A stretch of DNA of 64,000 nucleotides from Neoechinorhynchus agilis (taxonomy: Eukaryota > Animalia > Acanthocephala), in the NCBI GenBank assembly GCA_051530055.1, contig CM121341.1, forward strand, positions 12,874,784-12,938,783. The letters run 5' to 3'. This document shows, in pieces, positions 38,270 to 50,622 of this stretch; position 1 is the first letter of the stretch; each line of letters begins with the position of its first letter. Both the position numbers and the translations under genes were made by a program. The notes beneath the pieces are model-generated. The model did no database searches. It saw nothing but the letters and a program-made list of their open reading frames with translations, and was not told where the DNA came from.

Positions 38270-38370
38270 TTTTATGGCGAAGAAATTAACTTGATAAACG
38301 CGCATGAGGTTGTGCCTCCGAAAGCAATCGGATTTTAAAATAAAAAAATCATTTTAATTTTTCTACGCCA
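38270..38370. mobile_element. Short MITE family B (TIR TGGCG(A/T)AGAAATTAA); half copies at about 23345-23385 and 50120-50163
   Basis: tggcgaagaaattaa ... ttaatttttctacgcca. Confidence 0.6.
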
Positions 38371-38650
38371 AAAAAGTAACCGCTTTATGAATTGTTCAAT
38401 TCCTTCAAATATGTTAAACATGAAAATGTGTTCGTTTATACTTTGCTTTATGGATTTTGTCTAACTGGATGGTAGGTAGCTTTAGTGAGTTTTGATTAAC
38501 TTGATTACGGAAAATGTTCAAAGGCTCACAGCACATTATTCTTTTGTGGATGGGGGAGGGGTGATGATTATCGGTCTAATTCGCCAAATTGGCGAGAGTT
38601 GTTCTTTTTTTGCGAGTGATTCTATTCCTAATTGTGACACGTTGTAGACA

Positions 38651-39292
38651 ATGCCAAAGAAATTTAAAGGAGAAAATACAAAATCAAAAGAAGCACGGGA
38701 GCGAAAGGAGGAATTCAAGAAAAAGACTGTCATTGAACAGAAAGCTCGTGAAGAGGCGGATAATTGGCGTGACGATGATCGATTGATTCAAAAAAAGGCA
38801 AATCGCAAGGATGAGCGTGAATTGAAGGAACAAGAGAAACAAAGAAAGCGGCTGGAGTTACAGAAATTAAAGGAGGAAGAAGACGCTCGTTTAGAATCGA
38901 AGTTTAAGGAAGGTGCATTTACGAGAATGACTCGAGCTCAAATCCAAGCGACTTGGACTCGAGAATCGGGGAAATCTGTTCAACCAGTGGTTCTTACTGA
39001 AATTCCTCTTACGAATCCAAATAAGCCGAAAGATGAAGCAGCTGATGAAATTGAAGCGAGGGATATAAATGCTGCCATCAGCGCTATGGCTGATGTATCG
39101 CAAAGTACAGAAACACCCGATAGACACCCTGAGAAAAGAATGCGAGTTGCCTTTGCTAAATTCGAAGCCGATAATTTACCATCAGTGAAAGCACAGAATC
39201 CTAAATTGAGATTGACTCAATGGAAACAAATATTGTACAAACAATGGGCGACTTCTCCACAGAATCCAATGAATCAGAAAAAAGTTAGTTGA
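38651..39292 (+). CDS. CCDC124: Coiled-coil domain-containing protein 124 (Lso2-like)
   Basis: MPKKFKGENTK..ARERK..WRDDD and DRHPEKRMRVAF..FE..NP.LRLTQWKQ.L.KQW..SPQNPMNQ. Confidence 0.92.
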   Translation: MPKKFKGENTKSKEARERKEEFKKKTVIEQKAREEADNWRDDDRLIQKKANRKDERELKEQEKQRKRLELQKLKEEEDARLESKFKEGAFTRMTRAQIQATWTRESGKSVQPVVLTEIPLTNPNKPKDEAADEIEARDINAAISAMADVSQSTETPDRHPEKRMRVAFAKFEADNLPSVKAQNPKLRLTQWKQILYKQWATSPQNPMNQKKVS

Positions 39293-39590
39293 AATAAGAA
39301 AAGTGTTCTTACACGCACAAAAAAACAGTCCGAAATTCGCTCATTCTTTTTATCAATTAAAGTGGACAAAATAAAACAAAAAAATCGAAATTCGCTTTGT
39401 TTTCCTTCGGATTGATAGCCGTAGTTGGTGCTATAATACCAGAAAGATCTTCCTTAACAGCGGGAAAGTGAAACTAAGCTCCCGCGACTACTAATTATTC
39501 ACTAATTTTCATTTTATGGATGCATAATGCATAAATATTTACGCCCATTCTAGAAGACTCAAAACAATTTTACTTAATGGGGAAGACACT

Positions 39591-41807
39591 TTAATCAGAA
39601 TCAGACGAGTCCGCAGCGTACGTCCTTCGTCTTCCTCTCCGAATTCGCAAACTTGAGCGCCTAGGGGGCGACGGTAACCGTTTCCTAGATCTCGGCAACG
39701 AGAAACTTGGATCTTTATCATCTTCACCTAAATCTCTATGGGTTTCATCATTAGATTTTGAATTGTAAAGAACACTGTGTTCGGCAATGGTCATGGAAGC
39801 GAGATGCCGATGACTCGTTGGTGGAGATCCCGGTTCGGTCTTGATCTGATGAGTACGTAACAAAACTTCATTTTCAGTCGGTTCGGTTGACTGTTTATTA
39901 TTTAAGCGCAAAGTTTTCACTCTTTGAACCGGCTTTCTCCGTTGACTCGACAGTGGCTTTCTTTGTGAGGTCACTGTGCGTCCGGGCCCCATTGCTGAAT
40001 ACATTCCTTCTTGATCTTCTACACCGTAGTTTCCGCCCTCCTCGTCCGTGCTGCTCATATAACTCGCCTTCGCTCCTGCAACAATGTTAAGATGATCCTT
40101 TTTCATGTGATCCTTGGACGTCTTCATATGTAAGACGCACTTTCTGCAGAATTTGTACTTTGAGACGAACTGTCCGTTTTCTTGGTTGAAATGTACCATG
40201 AGATGCCTTAGAGCGTTTTCACAGTCCAAGTATAGAATTGTGTCTTGAGCAGCGTCAGTCTCAATGGATCCCTTTCTATTACTTCCCGCGTAAGTGGGTT
40301 TGAGTTCAACTGCCTCAAGGCAAAAAGGACAATAAAAAAGATCTTCACCTCGATGAAATACAGTAAAATGGAAAAGCATATCAGCATGGAAACTTGTTCT
40401 ATAGCCACAAACGTCGCAGCTATAAGGTAACTCCATTCCACAATGACATACGAATAAGACTCTCTCGACATGATAAGCACCATTTTTATCGAGAAAGACT
40501 TAATGGCTTAAATTAAGATGACAAGCTAACTCGAGAAGGCTTCGATGATTCTGCTCACAGATCCGGCATCTATACTGCTTCATGTCGTGTATGTGAGTTT
40601 TATCCAAGTGAAGAATGTACTCAAACGGAGTCTCGAAGGTCGGCTGGGATGGACAGTAAGCACAAGTTCGGTTGATCGCCGCGGCATACGGATCTGGACT
40701 CATTAATACGGTCAAATTCGGATCTATGAGTCTATCGTGAATCTGTTCCTCGGTCCAACTCACGACATCTTCAAGATGACCACACAAATGACCAGCCAAT
40801 GAAATGTTGTCCGTTATTCCAAAATCGCATATGCAACATTTAATCTTTGAAACGTTGAACCGATGAGCGACCGTAAGACACTGAGTCTTAGAACTCCATT
40901 TATTCGAATAGTATTTTTTTAGAATACCACGGTACGAAGCTTCCAATTGTGTCTCAAGACCTTCTTCTCGTGTCCGGATAATCCCTGGACGAAGCGCAGG
41001 AATCGCATTTGATCCCTCATAAGGATTATGGATTTTCTCTTGGAATGCCGATTCCAAAAAAGGAATACTTGCCTTGGGTCCTGGAATCGGTCTGCTGCTT
41101 TTAACCGGCTGACGAATTCGTTGTCCACAACATCGAAGACACGAATCCTTAAAGTAACCATGCTCGCAAATCGGCCGATTTAACGCCGTACAATCAAAAT
41201 GGAGGAACGCCGTCCGGTCCCGGATGGTTTGTCTGTTCCGGACAGCCTGATTTATGTTTTCAGCGCCATAAAGTCCTCCTTGAAGAGGGGGCAACGGACC
41301 TGACCATGGCTCGGATTTTATAGTTGAAAACGAAAAGTCCTGTCCACCGACAATAGAGATATTGTCTAAATTTGCAAGACCAACAGCCGGGTCTTCTAAA
41401 TAATGACTGCATCTCTTTTGGGTTTCAGAGAGTTCGTCATTTTCGCTTACCATTATCAAAGATCCAGTTCTACTCAATATTTCATCACTAACGTCATTAT
41501 TTATATCCATTAGAAGATCGACAAACTGCGAGTTGCATTCAAGAGTCCAATTGTGCTTATTGCAGCATTCAAACCGACAAGGAACAAAATCCGAATGAGG
41601 TTCTTTTTTCATACGAATCGAATCCTCAATCGAAAAATGATCAATGCAAATCAAAAACTTTAATTCCTCATCCAGCACAATTCCATAGGGCCAACACGCA
41701 CGGATCCATAATTCAGCCAATCGTCTTTCCTTCGGCAACGGAACAAGCCTGTCCCATTGTTTGTGTCGAGAACATGTTAGAACTATGCACCGGACTTCCC
41801 CATGCAT
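39591..41807 (-). CDS. THAP-domain plus ZNF280/POGZ-like C2H2 protein, two exons (41807-40503, 40442-39591)
   Basis: THAP: CIVLTC..LPK..W..ICIDHF. Joined fingers CRICEQ..HLNLSH|CGMELPYSCDVCGYRTSF..HF..H..FYCPFC follow the ZNF280 pattern H-x(KPGEMPYV)-C. Confidence 0.8.
40443..40502 (-). other. Candidate non-canonical stem-loop intron (60 nt; a 51-nt form is also possible)
   Basis: Begins with an in-frame TAA; 14-bp stem (40502-40489 with 40468-40455); flanked by a CATT direct repeat; no GT-AG solution keeps the finger histidines. Confidence 0.7.
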
Positions 41808-43156
41808 TCTCTATAATTCCTGATCTTAAAAAAGAACATAATGATCATACTTCTTTCAGGCACGAAATGCGTGACGTAATTAGATGTCCTAAGGAGAAAA
41901 GATACCCAAAGTTTTGCCATCCACCCCTCCGAGGATAAAGAAAAGAAAGAAAATAGAAATGCGTTGTTTACAAGTCTTCATCCGGTAAATCACTTTTTTT
42001 GAACTAAAGACGTTCTGAGAACCCCTTTGGGTTCATCACCAGTTTGTTACTTTGTTATTAAAAGACAACAAACTGATGATGATTAACAAGGACGAGGTTC
42101 GCAGAAATTGTTTACTGGATTGAAGACTTGTAAACAACACACACTCTCAGTTACCTCTTGACATATCGACATTGTGACGTAACATTTGGACCCCAAACGA
42201 TAAGATTCTTCCGTGTATCAGCCACATTTCCACAGTTTTGAGAATTAGAAAACTCGAGAAATTAATGATTTTTCTTTACACCAAAGTCTCAAACTTGATT
42301 AATCATGCGGCTGCGAAATTAAGTAGTATTTCACAAGAATACTTCTAGGTTACTAAACAAAGCTCCATGATTTCCAGAGTGCTCAATAATAAATTCAAAG
42401 TACTTCGCTTCATATTGTTTTGTGATGACAACCTCAAACGATCAAAATGGCCGTGGATGCGATTTAGATCAGAAAGAAACGACTTGATCGAGATGGATGT
42501 GCTTACGAAAGTCGTGTATTTCACGTCTTTTCGACTCTGTGAAACCTTTTTATTTTTGTATTTTTTGGTGATGAGAGACGATTAGTTATTGGAATTATTA
42601 CAACTTGAACAATTTGGACGAGACGGACGAAATATTTTTGAATTAACGGATTTATTCCTTGTTGAACGGATCAAACCCGAGAAGTATTTATGTTATTAAT
42701 GTTTCGTGTACAAAATCCACTGAGACATCTACAAAAATTGGTAAGGGAAATTTCAGCCTCGCAATCCCAATCAACGACTTGGTGCTGAAAGAAAGCCGAA
42801 CATTGCGCAGGGCGTTCGAGCGGGCACCAACTCCCCGAACCACGAGTACGGCGAACCCGTGCTCCTGAGCCTCCAATATTGTAGATGTCTGAATAAGTGG
42901 ATTTTGTCCACAAAATATTAAATAGTAAGAATATTTCTTGGAGTTTGATCCGCTCAACAAGAACATCTTTCCACCCGAACGTGGTCCTGCATGAAAAAAA
43001 ATAATATATTTAATCTCTATTTTTCGCTCATCACCAATGAAAAAAGAAGGGTTTGGAGATCTGACAAAACGACGCCTCTTATTAATAACAAAAAAGAGTG
43101 CTCGCCTGAGACTTTACGATTGCTTTCTCAACAAAAAAATGATGGTCTTCCTTTAG

Positions 43157-44311
43157 ATGGGTATTTTAGAGAAGATCCATGAGATCGAGCAAGAAATGGC
43201 TCGGACTCAGAAAAACAAAGCAACCGAATACCACTTGGGTCTTCTAAAAGCTAAATTGGCACGTTATCGTAGTCAATTGATAGAAGCAAGTACATCGAGT
43301 CAGAAATCGGCAGGAACGGGTTTTGACGTGATCCGAGCCGGTGATGCTCGTGTAGCGTTGGTGGGGTTTCCTTCGGTTGGAAAGTCCACTCTTCTTCAAG
43401 CACTGACGAACACGGAGTCCGCAGTGGCTGCTTACGAATTCACGACGTTAACGTGCGTTCCGGGAGTTCTCGACTACGCCGGAGCTCGAATTCAGTTGCT
43501 CGATTTACCCGGAATTATCGAGGGAGCTCACGAAGGACGAGGAAAAGGCAAGCAAGTGATCGCTGTTGCCCGTAACTCCGATATGGTCCTTATGATGCTC
43601 GACTCAACCAAGGCAGATTCTCAACAACGAGAAAAACTGGAGTATGAGCTAGAATCCGTTGGAATTAGGCTTAATAAAAAACCACCCCCGATATACTACA
43701 AAAAACGAGCTACCGGCGGTCTATCCATTAACGCGATGGTCCCTTTGACTAAATGTCCCAAAAATCTGGTTCAACAAATCCTTCACGAATACAAGATTTT
43801 TAACGCTGAGATTCTGTTCCGAGAAGATTGTACTCCTGATCAGTTGATCGATGTAGTGATTGGTAACCGCGTTTATATTCCCTGTCTCTATGTCTACAAC
43901 AAAATCGATGCGATTGCGATCGAAGAAGTCAATCGCTTATCATTAATTACGCTTCTTTTTAAAAATCTTATAGAAATGTAATTGCTGATTGTAGCCAGAC
44001 TAAAAGACTCGATTGTATGCAGTTGCAATCTTAAATTGAATTTTCCTTACGTCCTTCGAAAGACCTGGGAATATTTAGAGCTGATTAGAGTTTACACAAA
44101 GAAACGAGGGCATAAACCCGATTTGGTTGGTGCGAATATTGTTAGAAATGGAAGCCGAGTTCGCCATATTTGTCTTCTTATTCACAAATCAATGATTACC
44201 AATTTCAAATATGCGCTCGTCTGGGGAACAAGTGTCCGATTCAGCCCACAAAGAGTCGGAATCGCTCATAAACTCCATGATGAGGACGTTGTGCAGATCG
44301 TAGCGAGATAA
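43157..44311 (+). CDS. DRG2: Developmentally regulated GTP-binding protein 2, two exons
   Basis: MGILEKI..KATEYHLGLLKAKLA, GFPSVGKST, YEFTTLT, DLPGIIEG, YNKID, TGS domain KYALVWGTS..SPQRVG. Confidence 0.95.
43939..43992 (+). other. Candidate non-canonical stem-loop intron (54 nt)
   Basis: Removal restores EEVNRL-ARL; contains an in-frame TAA; 18-bp stem 43939-43956 with 43972-43989; ends AT..GT (junction can slide by about 1 nt). Confidence 0.8.
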
Positions 44312-44769
44312 GAGAGCGAGAAAAACAATATTGCGAATTTTTTTGTCGCTTTAGATGAAAGAAAATCAATCCGATGCATCGATTTAGCCTTGCACGAATC
44401 AACGAAATAAAAAAATGCGAAAGCAAACCCCGGCAATAACTATGTCCAGAATAAAAACGTCGCTAGTAATTTCGATATTATACGGTAATTAAGGGAAACG
44501 GTTTTAAGACATTCATTTCGTTGGCACGAAAATCAAGAATGCATCGTGAAAACTTTGCCATTTGCGTCGTATCCTTCATTGTACGATTTACGTTTCTTCC
44601 GTGATTATACCGCTCAATTAAATGACTGATGCAAAATAAGAGAACAATTGAACATGGTTGAACGAGTAAAATATTGTTAAGAATCATCGAGAAAATCTTT
44701 TCTTGGTGATATTGAATTTAGAAATATTTCGCCGAATGAGGATGCATCGAGACTTGGAAAAAAGCTACA

Positions 44770-44893
44770 AGAAAAGAATGTACTGCTTGTTTATGGCGGT
44801 GAAAAATTAAAACAAATTTATTGATTCCACTTTTGAATAACCTTGATCAAGAGGCGTGCAATTGGACTCAATAAATTCTATTAATTTTTTCAC
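44770..44893. mobile_element. MITE family A copy
   Basis: Reverse complement of 11788-11915. Confidence 0.8.
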
Positions 44894-45886
44894 TAACACA
44901 TAAAAACCCTCGGAATAATTAAAAAAAATTAAAAAGCAATTTTACTGAACTTTTTAATTGATTGTTACACACTGCCTTTTCTAATTTTGAGTTCGAAGGA
45001 CAGAACTATGATCAAATAGATGGGCTGGCAATGGGAAGCCCACTTTAGCCAGTTCTTGCTGAACTTTACATGAGACATTGGGAGGAGTCAAATTTGACCA
45101 AGTTAAGAGGTATAGAATTCTGGTGTCGATATGTAGACAACACCATTATCACATTGGACCAAGACAGAAGGACAGCTGTCCAACTTCAACAGGAACTAAA
45201 TGAAAAAGATTCCCATATTCAATGGACATGCGAAAAAGAAGATTGTGGTTTTTTACCATTTCTCGATGTACAAGTCAAAAGAAACTATGATAACACTTTC
45301 TCCACATCGGTCTATATCAAACAGGGTGTCCCGCATCGAATAGTACCTTGGATCTCAGCTCAACCACACAAATACAAATTATCGAGATTCCGATCACTAG
45401 TCATCAGAGCATACCGATATAGCTCGAACTTGAATTGCCTCAATAACGAACTCGATAGATTATGGAATATATTTAAAAGTGGTGGCTATCCAAAGAAATT
45501 AATGTTAAGAACATTGAAAGATACTCAACAAATGATCGGAAGGGAACCTACAAAAAATCGGGATATCGGATCTTCAACGAATGCAGACACACGATATATA
45601 GAAATTCCTTGCATAAATGATAGGTGGAATTACAATATAGAAACATTGGTCAAACAACTCGATATGAAGAAGGAATGTATTATGTATTCCAAAAGGGGAC
45701 AAACACTATATAGTTTGTTACAACCTAAAAGAGTGGACAATATAAACGAGTGCGTCTATAGGATCCCCTGCATGGACTTTGATCAATCGTATCTAGGACG
45801 AACGAACAATATAAAGAGACGGCTCAACGAACATCGCAGAATTGTGTCCAAAAGAATGGATACAAACTCTGCGATTGTACACCACG

Positions 45887-48800
45887 TGTGGTGGACACAA
45901 ACAGTTTTATTCAACTTGAAAATAACGGTATGTGTAAATGCGTACGTGCGAGTGGATTAGTAACCGGCTGAATTATGGCGACGGTCTCGTATAATTTTTA
46001 CATCATTCTCGCCCTCTTAGAGTTTTCACTGATATCGTTCTGGTCTTCGTCGAATTCGTGTAGATCTGCGGAGTTCCGGGGCACTCGTAGAAGGTTGACT
46101 CGGGAATATCTCAGTACGGCAATCAGTGGTACAGTTTTTTTTGTCTTCTAGTGGGACCTTCGTTTCGCAATCGTTTGGATCACCGGAACCCGGTCTTCGA
46201 CTGTCTTCGTCTGGACAATTGATGAGATTATCGTTAGTGCTATCACGTACTGGAAGTTTGGGAAGGTCCTTGGTCGAAACTGAACTTTCCGTACCATCTT
46301 CATATCGTATTCTTGCATGTGTTGAATTCGCTTCTATCAATTCAACTTCTCGCACTAGCGGTTCTGTTTTATTTCGCACGAAATTGCGTAATAATACTCG
46401 ACCTGGAGACAATAACCAGGACGGGAGTGACGAGCCATAAGATGATCGCCTCGCAAAGCTGAAAAATCGGTCGTGGGGAGTAGAGTTGGTTGTTCGTACG
46501 ATTAGAGGCCGAGCGGCGTGCAAGGCTTGAGGCAATACCTCCTCCCAATCCGATATGCGCAAACCGCGTGAATGGATAGTTAAGCTCAGGGATCTCCAAA
46601 TCGTGCCATTGAATCGCTCTACCTGAGCGTTGCCCGTAGGATGATACGAAGTAGTGCGGCTGCTGGCTATTCCGTTCGCCCTCAAGAACTGACTTACTTC
46701 GCTGCTCAAGAAAGCCGCTCCTCGATCGCTGTGGACATATCCAGGAGTCCCACACAGTGAAAAGATTGAAGTAAGGCATCGAATTACCGTCTGACTGTTG
46801 ATATTTTCACAAGGAATGGCAAACGAGAACCTAGAGTATTCATCGATTGCGGTAAATAGGTACTTGTTGGAAGAACGGGACGGAAGTGGGTCTTTAAAGT
46901 CAATCGATACCCTATCCATCGGCTTTAATGCCTGTATCAGTTGGGAGTCCACAGAGGGTCTGTAAAACTGCGGTTTCACAAAAGCGCACGTTCTGCAGTT
47001 CGAGCATATCGACCTGACCTCGGATGTAGAGAATGGTAAGTTCTTCGATCTGACAAAATGAAGTAACCTACTAACTCCAGGGTGGCAGAGTTGCTTGTGA
47101 ATCTCTTCTAAGTCAGTCAGGTCGATTGCATTGGCCCTCGATAACGCATTCGCAGCGATATTATCTTTGCCAGGGCGATAACGAATTTCGTAGCAGAGGT
47201 CAGAGAGCTCAATGCTCCAGCCTAGAATCTTGTCGTTCTCAATTTTGGTTCGTTGGCGACTGTCCATCATAAAAGCTACCGATTGTTGGTCAGTTATAAG
47301 CTGAAAACGTCTTCCATTCGGTAGAGGTCTCCATTTTCTGACAGCTTCGACGATTGCCATCGTCTCCTTTTCGACGGCAGGATATCGCATCTCGCACTTG
47401 TTGAGCGTCCAGGACATGAAGGCCACAGTTCTTCCGTTTTGGTTCAGTGTGCCCGAAACGGCAACATCAGGCGCGCCGGATTCGACGGTGAATGGGCTAT
47501 CCGCGTTAATAGCACCCAAGGACGCATTTCCCAACTCTTTCTTCAATTCTTTGAGAACTCTGATCTCATCGGTTTCCATCGGAAATTTACTACATTTGTA
47601 GAGTATTTGAGCTTTCGACGAAAATTCCTGGATCCACTTTGAGTAATAGGCCAACATTCCGAGCATTCGAGCTAGACTTTTTGAATCAGAAGGAATAGGC
47701 ATTTCAAATAAGGAACGCAGTCTTTCCGGATCGGGCCGAATCTTTCCATTGCAGATGTTGTAACCCATTAGATTGATAGATCGGACCGACGATATAGTTT
47801 TGGAATGATTCAAAGTCAACTTCCGTTTCTCGACAGCTTCCATAAAGAGCTTTACATTCGAGTCGCGTTCCTCCTGTGATTTACTTGCTTGCTACAGTAA
47901 CATTATCTAGATATGAAATCGTACACTCCAAATTCTCTTCTTTAATCATATTATCCATCGCCCTTTTAAATGCGGCGACACCGTTTGTAACGCCAAAAGG
48001 TATACGCGTAAATTGGTAAAGATTACCATTCGCTTCGAAAGCGGTGTACCGTCTTTCGGAAGCAGGTATGCCGATTTGATGATACGCACTTTTTAAGTCG
48101 AAGGTAGAAAATACGCGGTATTGAGCGATGGTATTAATAAGCTGCTGAAGGTTATGCAATGGGTAAGCGTTTAACGATGTAAATCTATTGATAGTCTGCG
48201 AATACTCAATAACTAATCGCTTCTTGTCTGAATTCGAGTCGTTTTTGACGACTACAATCTGGGATCTCCACGGAGATCGACTAGGTTCTATCACGCCTGC
48301 ATAAAGTAACCTTTTTACTTCACCATCGATAAAAGAACGGTCTTCAACGCTAAACATTCGCGATTTGGTCACAACAGGCTTAATATTCCGAAGGATCGAG
48401 TTAAACAATGGGGTTTCCAACATATCAGCTTTGATCAAGTTGCAACAGTCTGATAGGGGCCTGATTGTCAATTCATCTTTGGAACCATTATAGACAAAAC
48501 GAATGCTTCTGTGGAGTTTTTGAACTTCTAGACCGAGTATGACGTCCGTACAAGGGTCCTCCAACACACTGAATTTGACAGCCTGATAAGTTCGATTTTC
48601 CACAAGAATGTCGACGAGACATTTGCCTTTGATTCGAATCTGTTGACTTGTCGTAGCCAGCTTGACTATACCTTCCGATGCAATCGTTTTTAGTCACAGA
48701 TTCATGGCAACCTTGTCGCTAATAAAGTTGCTCGAACTACCTGAATCGATCATAGCAGATAACGGTAGCCCCTCAATGATCACGCCTATAAGGAACATTC

Positions 48801-49747
48801 GATTGATTGGATCTGCAAGCTCGTCGCTGGCACATAGAAACATAGTAGCGGAGGCGTCCTTCTACCGCTTTTCTAAGGGCTTGGATCGATATACTTTACC
48901 CCAATGGCCTATTTTTCCGCATTTCGAACACTTAGACTTTCTGGCAGGACAACGAGATCTTGTATTCAAATCAAAACCGCAAAACCAGCACTTTTTGACT
49001 TTATGGCGGCAGCTATTTCCATATCCTCCATTTCAGGCTTTTGGTGCGAAATCGATGGTGGAGCTTCAACATAAGCTGCAATAGGCGGCGCTTGACGGTC
49101 ATAAATTTCAGCGTTTCGCTGGCCGATCGCCTGGGTCAAACTTAGAGCATGATGTTCCAGAAGGCGTTGGCGAACTATGGGGGATGAAATCCCACTAACA
49201 AAAGCATCGCGAATGAGTTCTAGTTGGTATTGCTCAGCGGTCACGTCCGTTAACTGACAGTTTCGGCTTATGCAGTTTAGTTCTCGGAAGAACTCGTCGA
49301 TTGACTGAGATGGTTGCTGCTGGTACGTAGCCAACACATGTCTGGAAAAAATTGAATTCGCCTCCTTAATGTATGCTTTGTCCAAGATCGCAATCGCCTT
49401 ATCAAAATCTGGTTGGTCCGCTATCATTTCATATATGTTTAGACTGACGAAACGTATCAAACATTGAGGTTTGTCCGTACATTGATTTCCATATGCAGCT
49501 ACGAAGTTGTTAAACGTTTTCTTCCAATATTTGTATTCACGTTCAGACGAAGGAGCAGTCGGTTCGATCGTTAGTTTTTCCGGACAGAGAACTCTTTCCA
49601 TGATACGGGATTTTTTCAAGTTGAATAAATTGTGGTGGACACACAGTTTTATTCAACTTGAAAATAATGGTATGCGTACGTGCGAGCGGATTAGTAGGAG
49701 GCTGAATTATGGTGACGAGGAATTAGTCGCCTATAATTATTACGTCA
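45887..49747 (-). mobile_element. Complete Ty3/Gypsy LTR retrotransposon with broken ORFs
   Basis: TG..CA LTRs 45887-46005 and 49631-49747; 5-bp TSD CCACG (45882-45886, 49748-49752); gag with zinc knuckle, protease MIDSGS, RT YLDN, RNase H, integrase HPG..C..C and IDFK; purine tract next to the 3' LTR. Confidence 0.95.
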
Positions 49748-49956
49748 CCACGTGATTGAAAATGATCATCAGATCAATTTTGATGCCACTGAGATTCTAG
49801 CAAAATGTGACAGCCGTAGAGACAGAACAACGATGGAGGCCATTTTAAAACAAACAACGCGTACATTAACGCACAATAAAGCGGATTACAAACTCCACCT
49901 GCGCCTCCCACCTGATATACGTCCTAAAGGACAAATGGTTGTAAAATGACGTGTTT

Positions 49957-50008
49957 TAGATATCTGAAGAAGGCCCACGCTCAGGCCGAAAATTAATTAA
50001 ATTAATCT
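49957..50008 (+). ncRNA. Minimal hammerhead ribozyme core at the Penelope terminus (possibly degenerate)
   Basis: CTGAAGA-A-GGCC(cacgctca)GGCC-GAAA followed by palindromic aattaatt; flanking tagat/atcta could form stem I imperfectly. Confidence 0.6.
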
Positions 50009-50279
50009 ATAATTCTTTAGTTGCACGAAATATCAATTTAATCTTTTACGCGTGTATCAAGGTTGTTTGCAAGTGTTTACGATGTTAGCCTCGATAAAGG
50101 CGTACAAGATTGTGCGCCCAAATATCGAATTTTAAAATAAAATCATTTTAATTTTTCTACGCCCCGATTCTTCCCGACGCCTGCGTCGTCACATCAATTC
50201 AATCTCTACAAGTGCTTATCAGCGTGCTCATGAAGTCATCGGTAATCGCATCCACATCAACTCGATTGAAATTGGTTTT

Positions 50280-50450
50280 CACCGATGAGGAGCGCAAAAG
50301 GACAAAATACAGGGGCCTGAGTCGAAATCATTATTTTGTTCCCTTTGGCGTCGAGACGCTCGGGTCGTTTGGTACCGCGCCGCAGGACCTGGTCAAGCAA
50401 TTATCCACGAAATCCAAGTTCGGGAGAATTCCTCCTGCAAACGACCGCTA
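50280..50450 (+). mobile_element. CRE RLE 3' fragment
   Basis: EERKRTKYRGLSRNHYFVPFGVETLGSFG. Confidence 0.75.
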
Positions 50451-50622
50451 CATCCGTAGTTCCGACCATTACAAAAAGGACGACAGCTAAGTAATCCAAA
50501 GCTATGGCGTTAAATGCTTTTCGCACTCTTTTTGGTATATAAAAGCCTGACTTCTTAAGAATTCGTTTTCGACTGGATCTTCCCCAATCTTTGGTCAATG
50601 CTTTTAGACGTGAGTTGGTGAT

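Larger units (their letters stand above)
44960..50010 (+). mobile_element. Penelope-like element (RT plus GIY-YIG) split by a Gypsy insertion: 44960-45886 and 49753-50010
   Basis: DGLAMGSPL, WCRYVDN, LPFLDV, VYRIPC..YLGRT..RRLNEH; resumes after the LTR element as HVIENDHQINFDATEILAK. Confidence 0.88.

Noticed and set aside
42367-42990. Divergent gene upstream of DRG2
   Set aside because: Several overlapping short ORFs and a possible acceptor, but no frame gave a recognisable protein.
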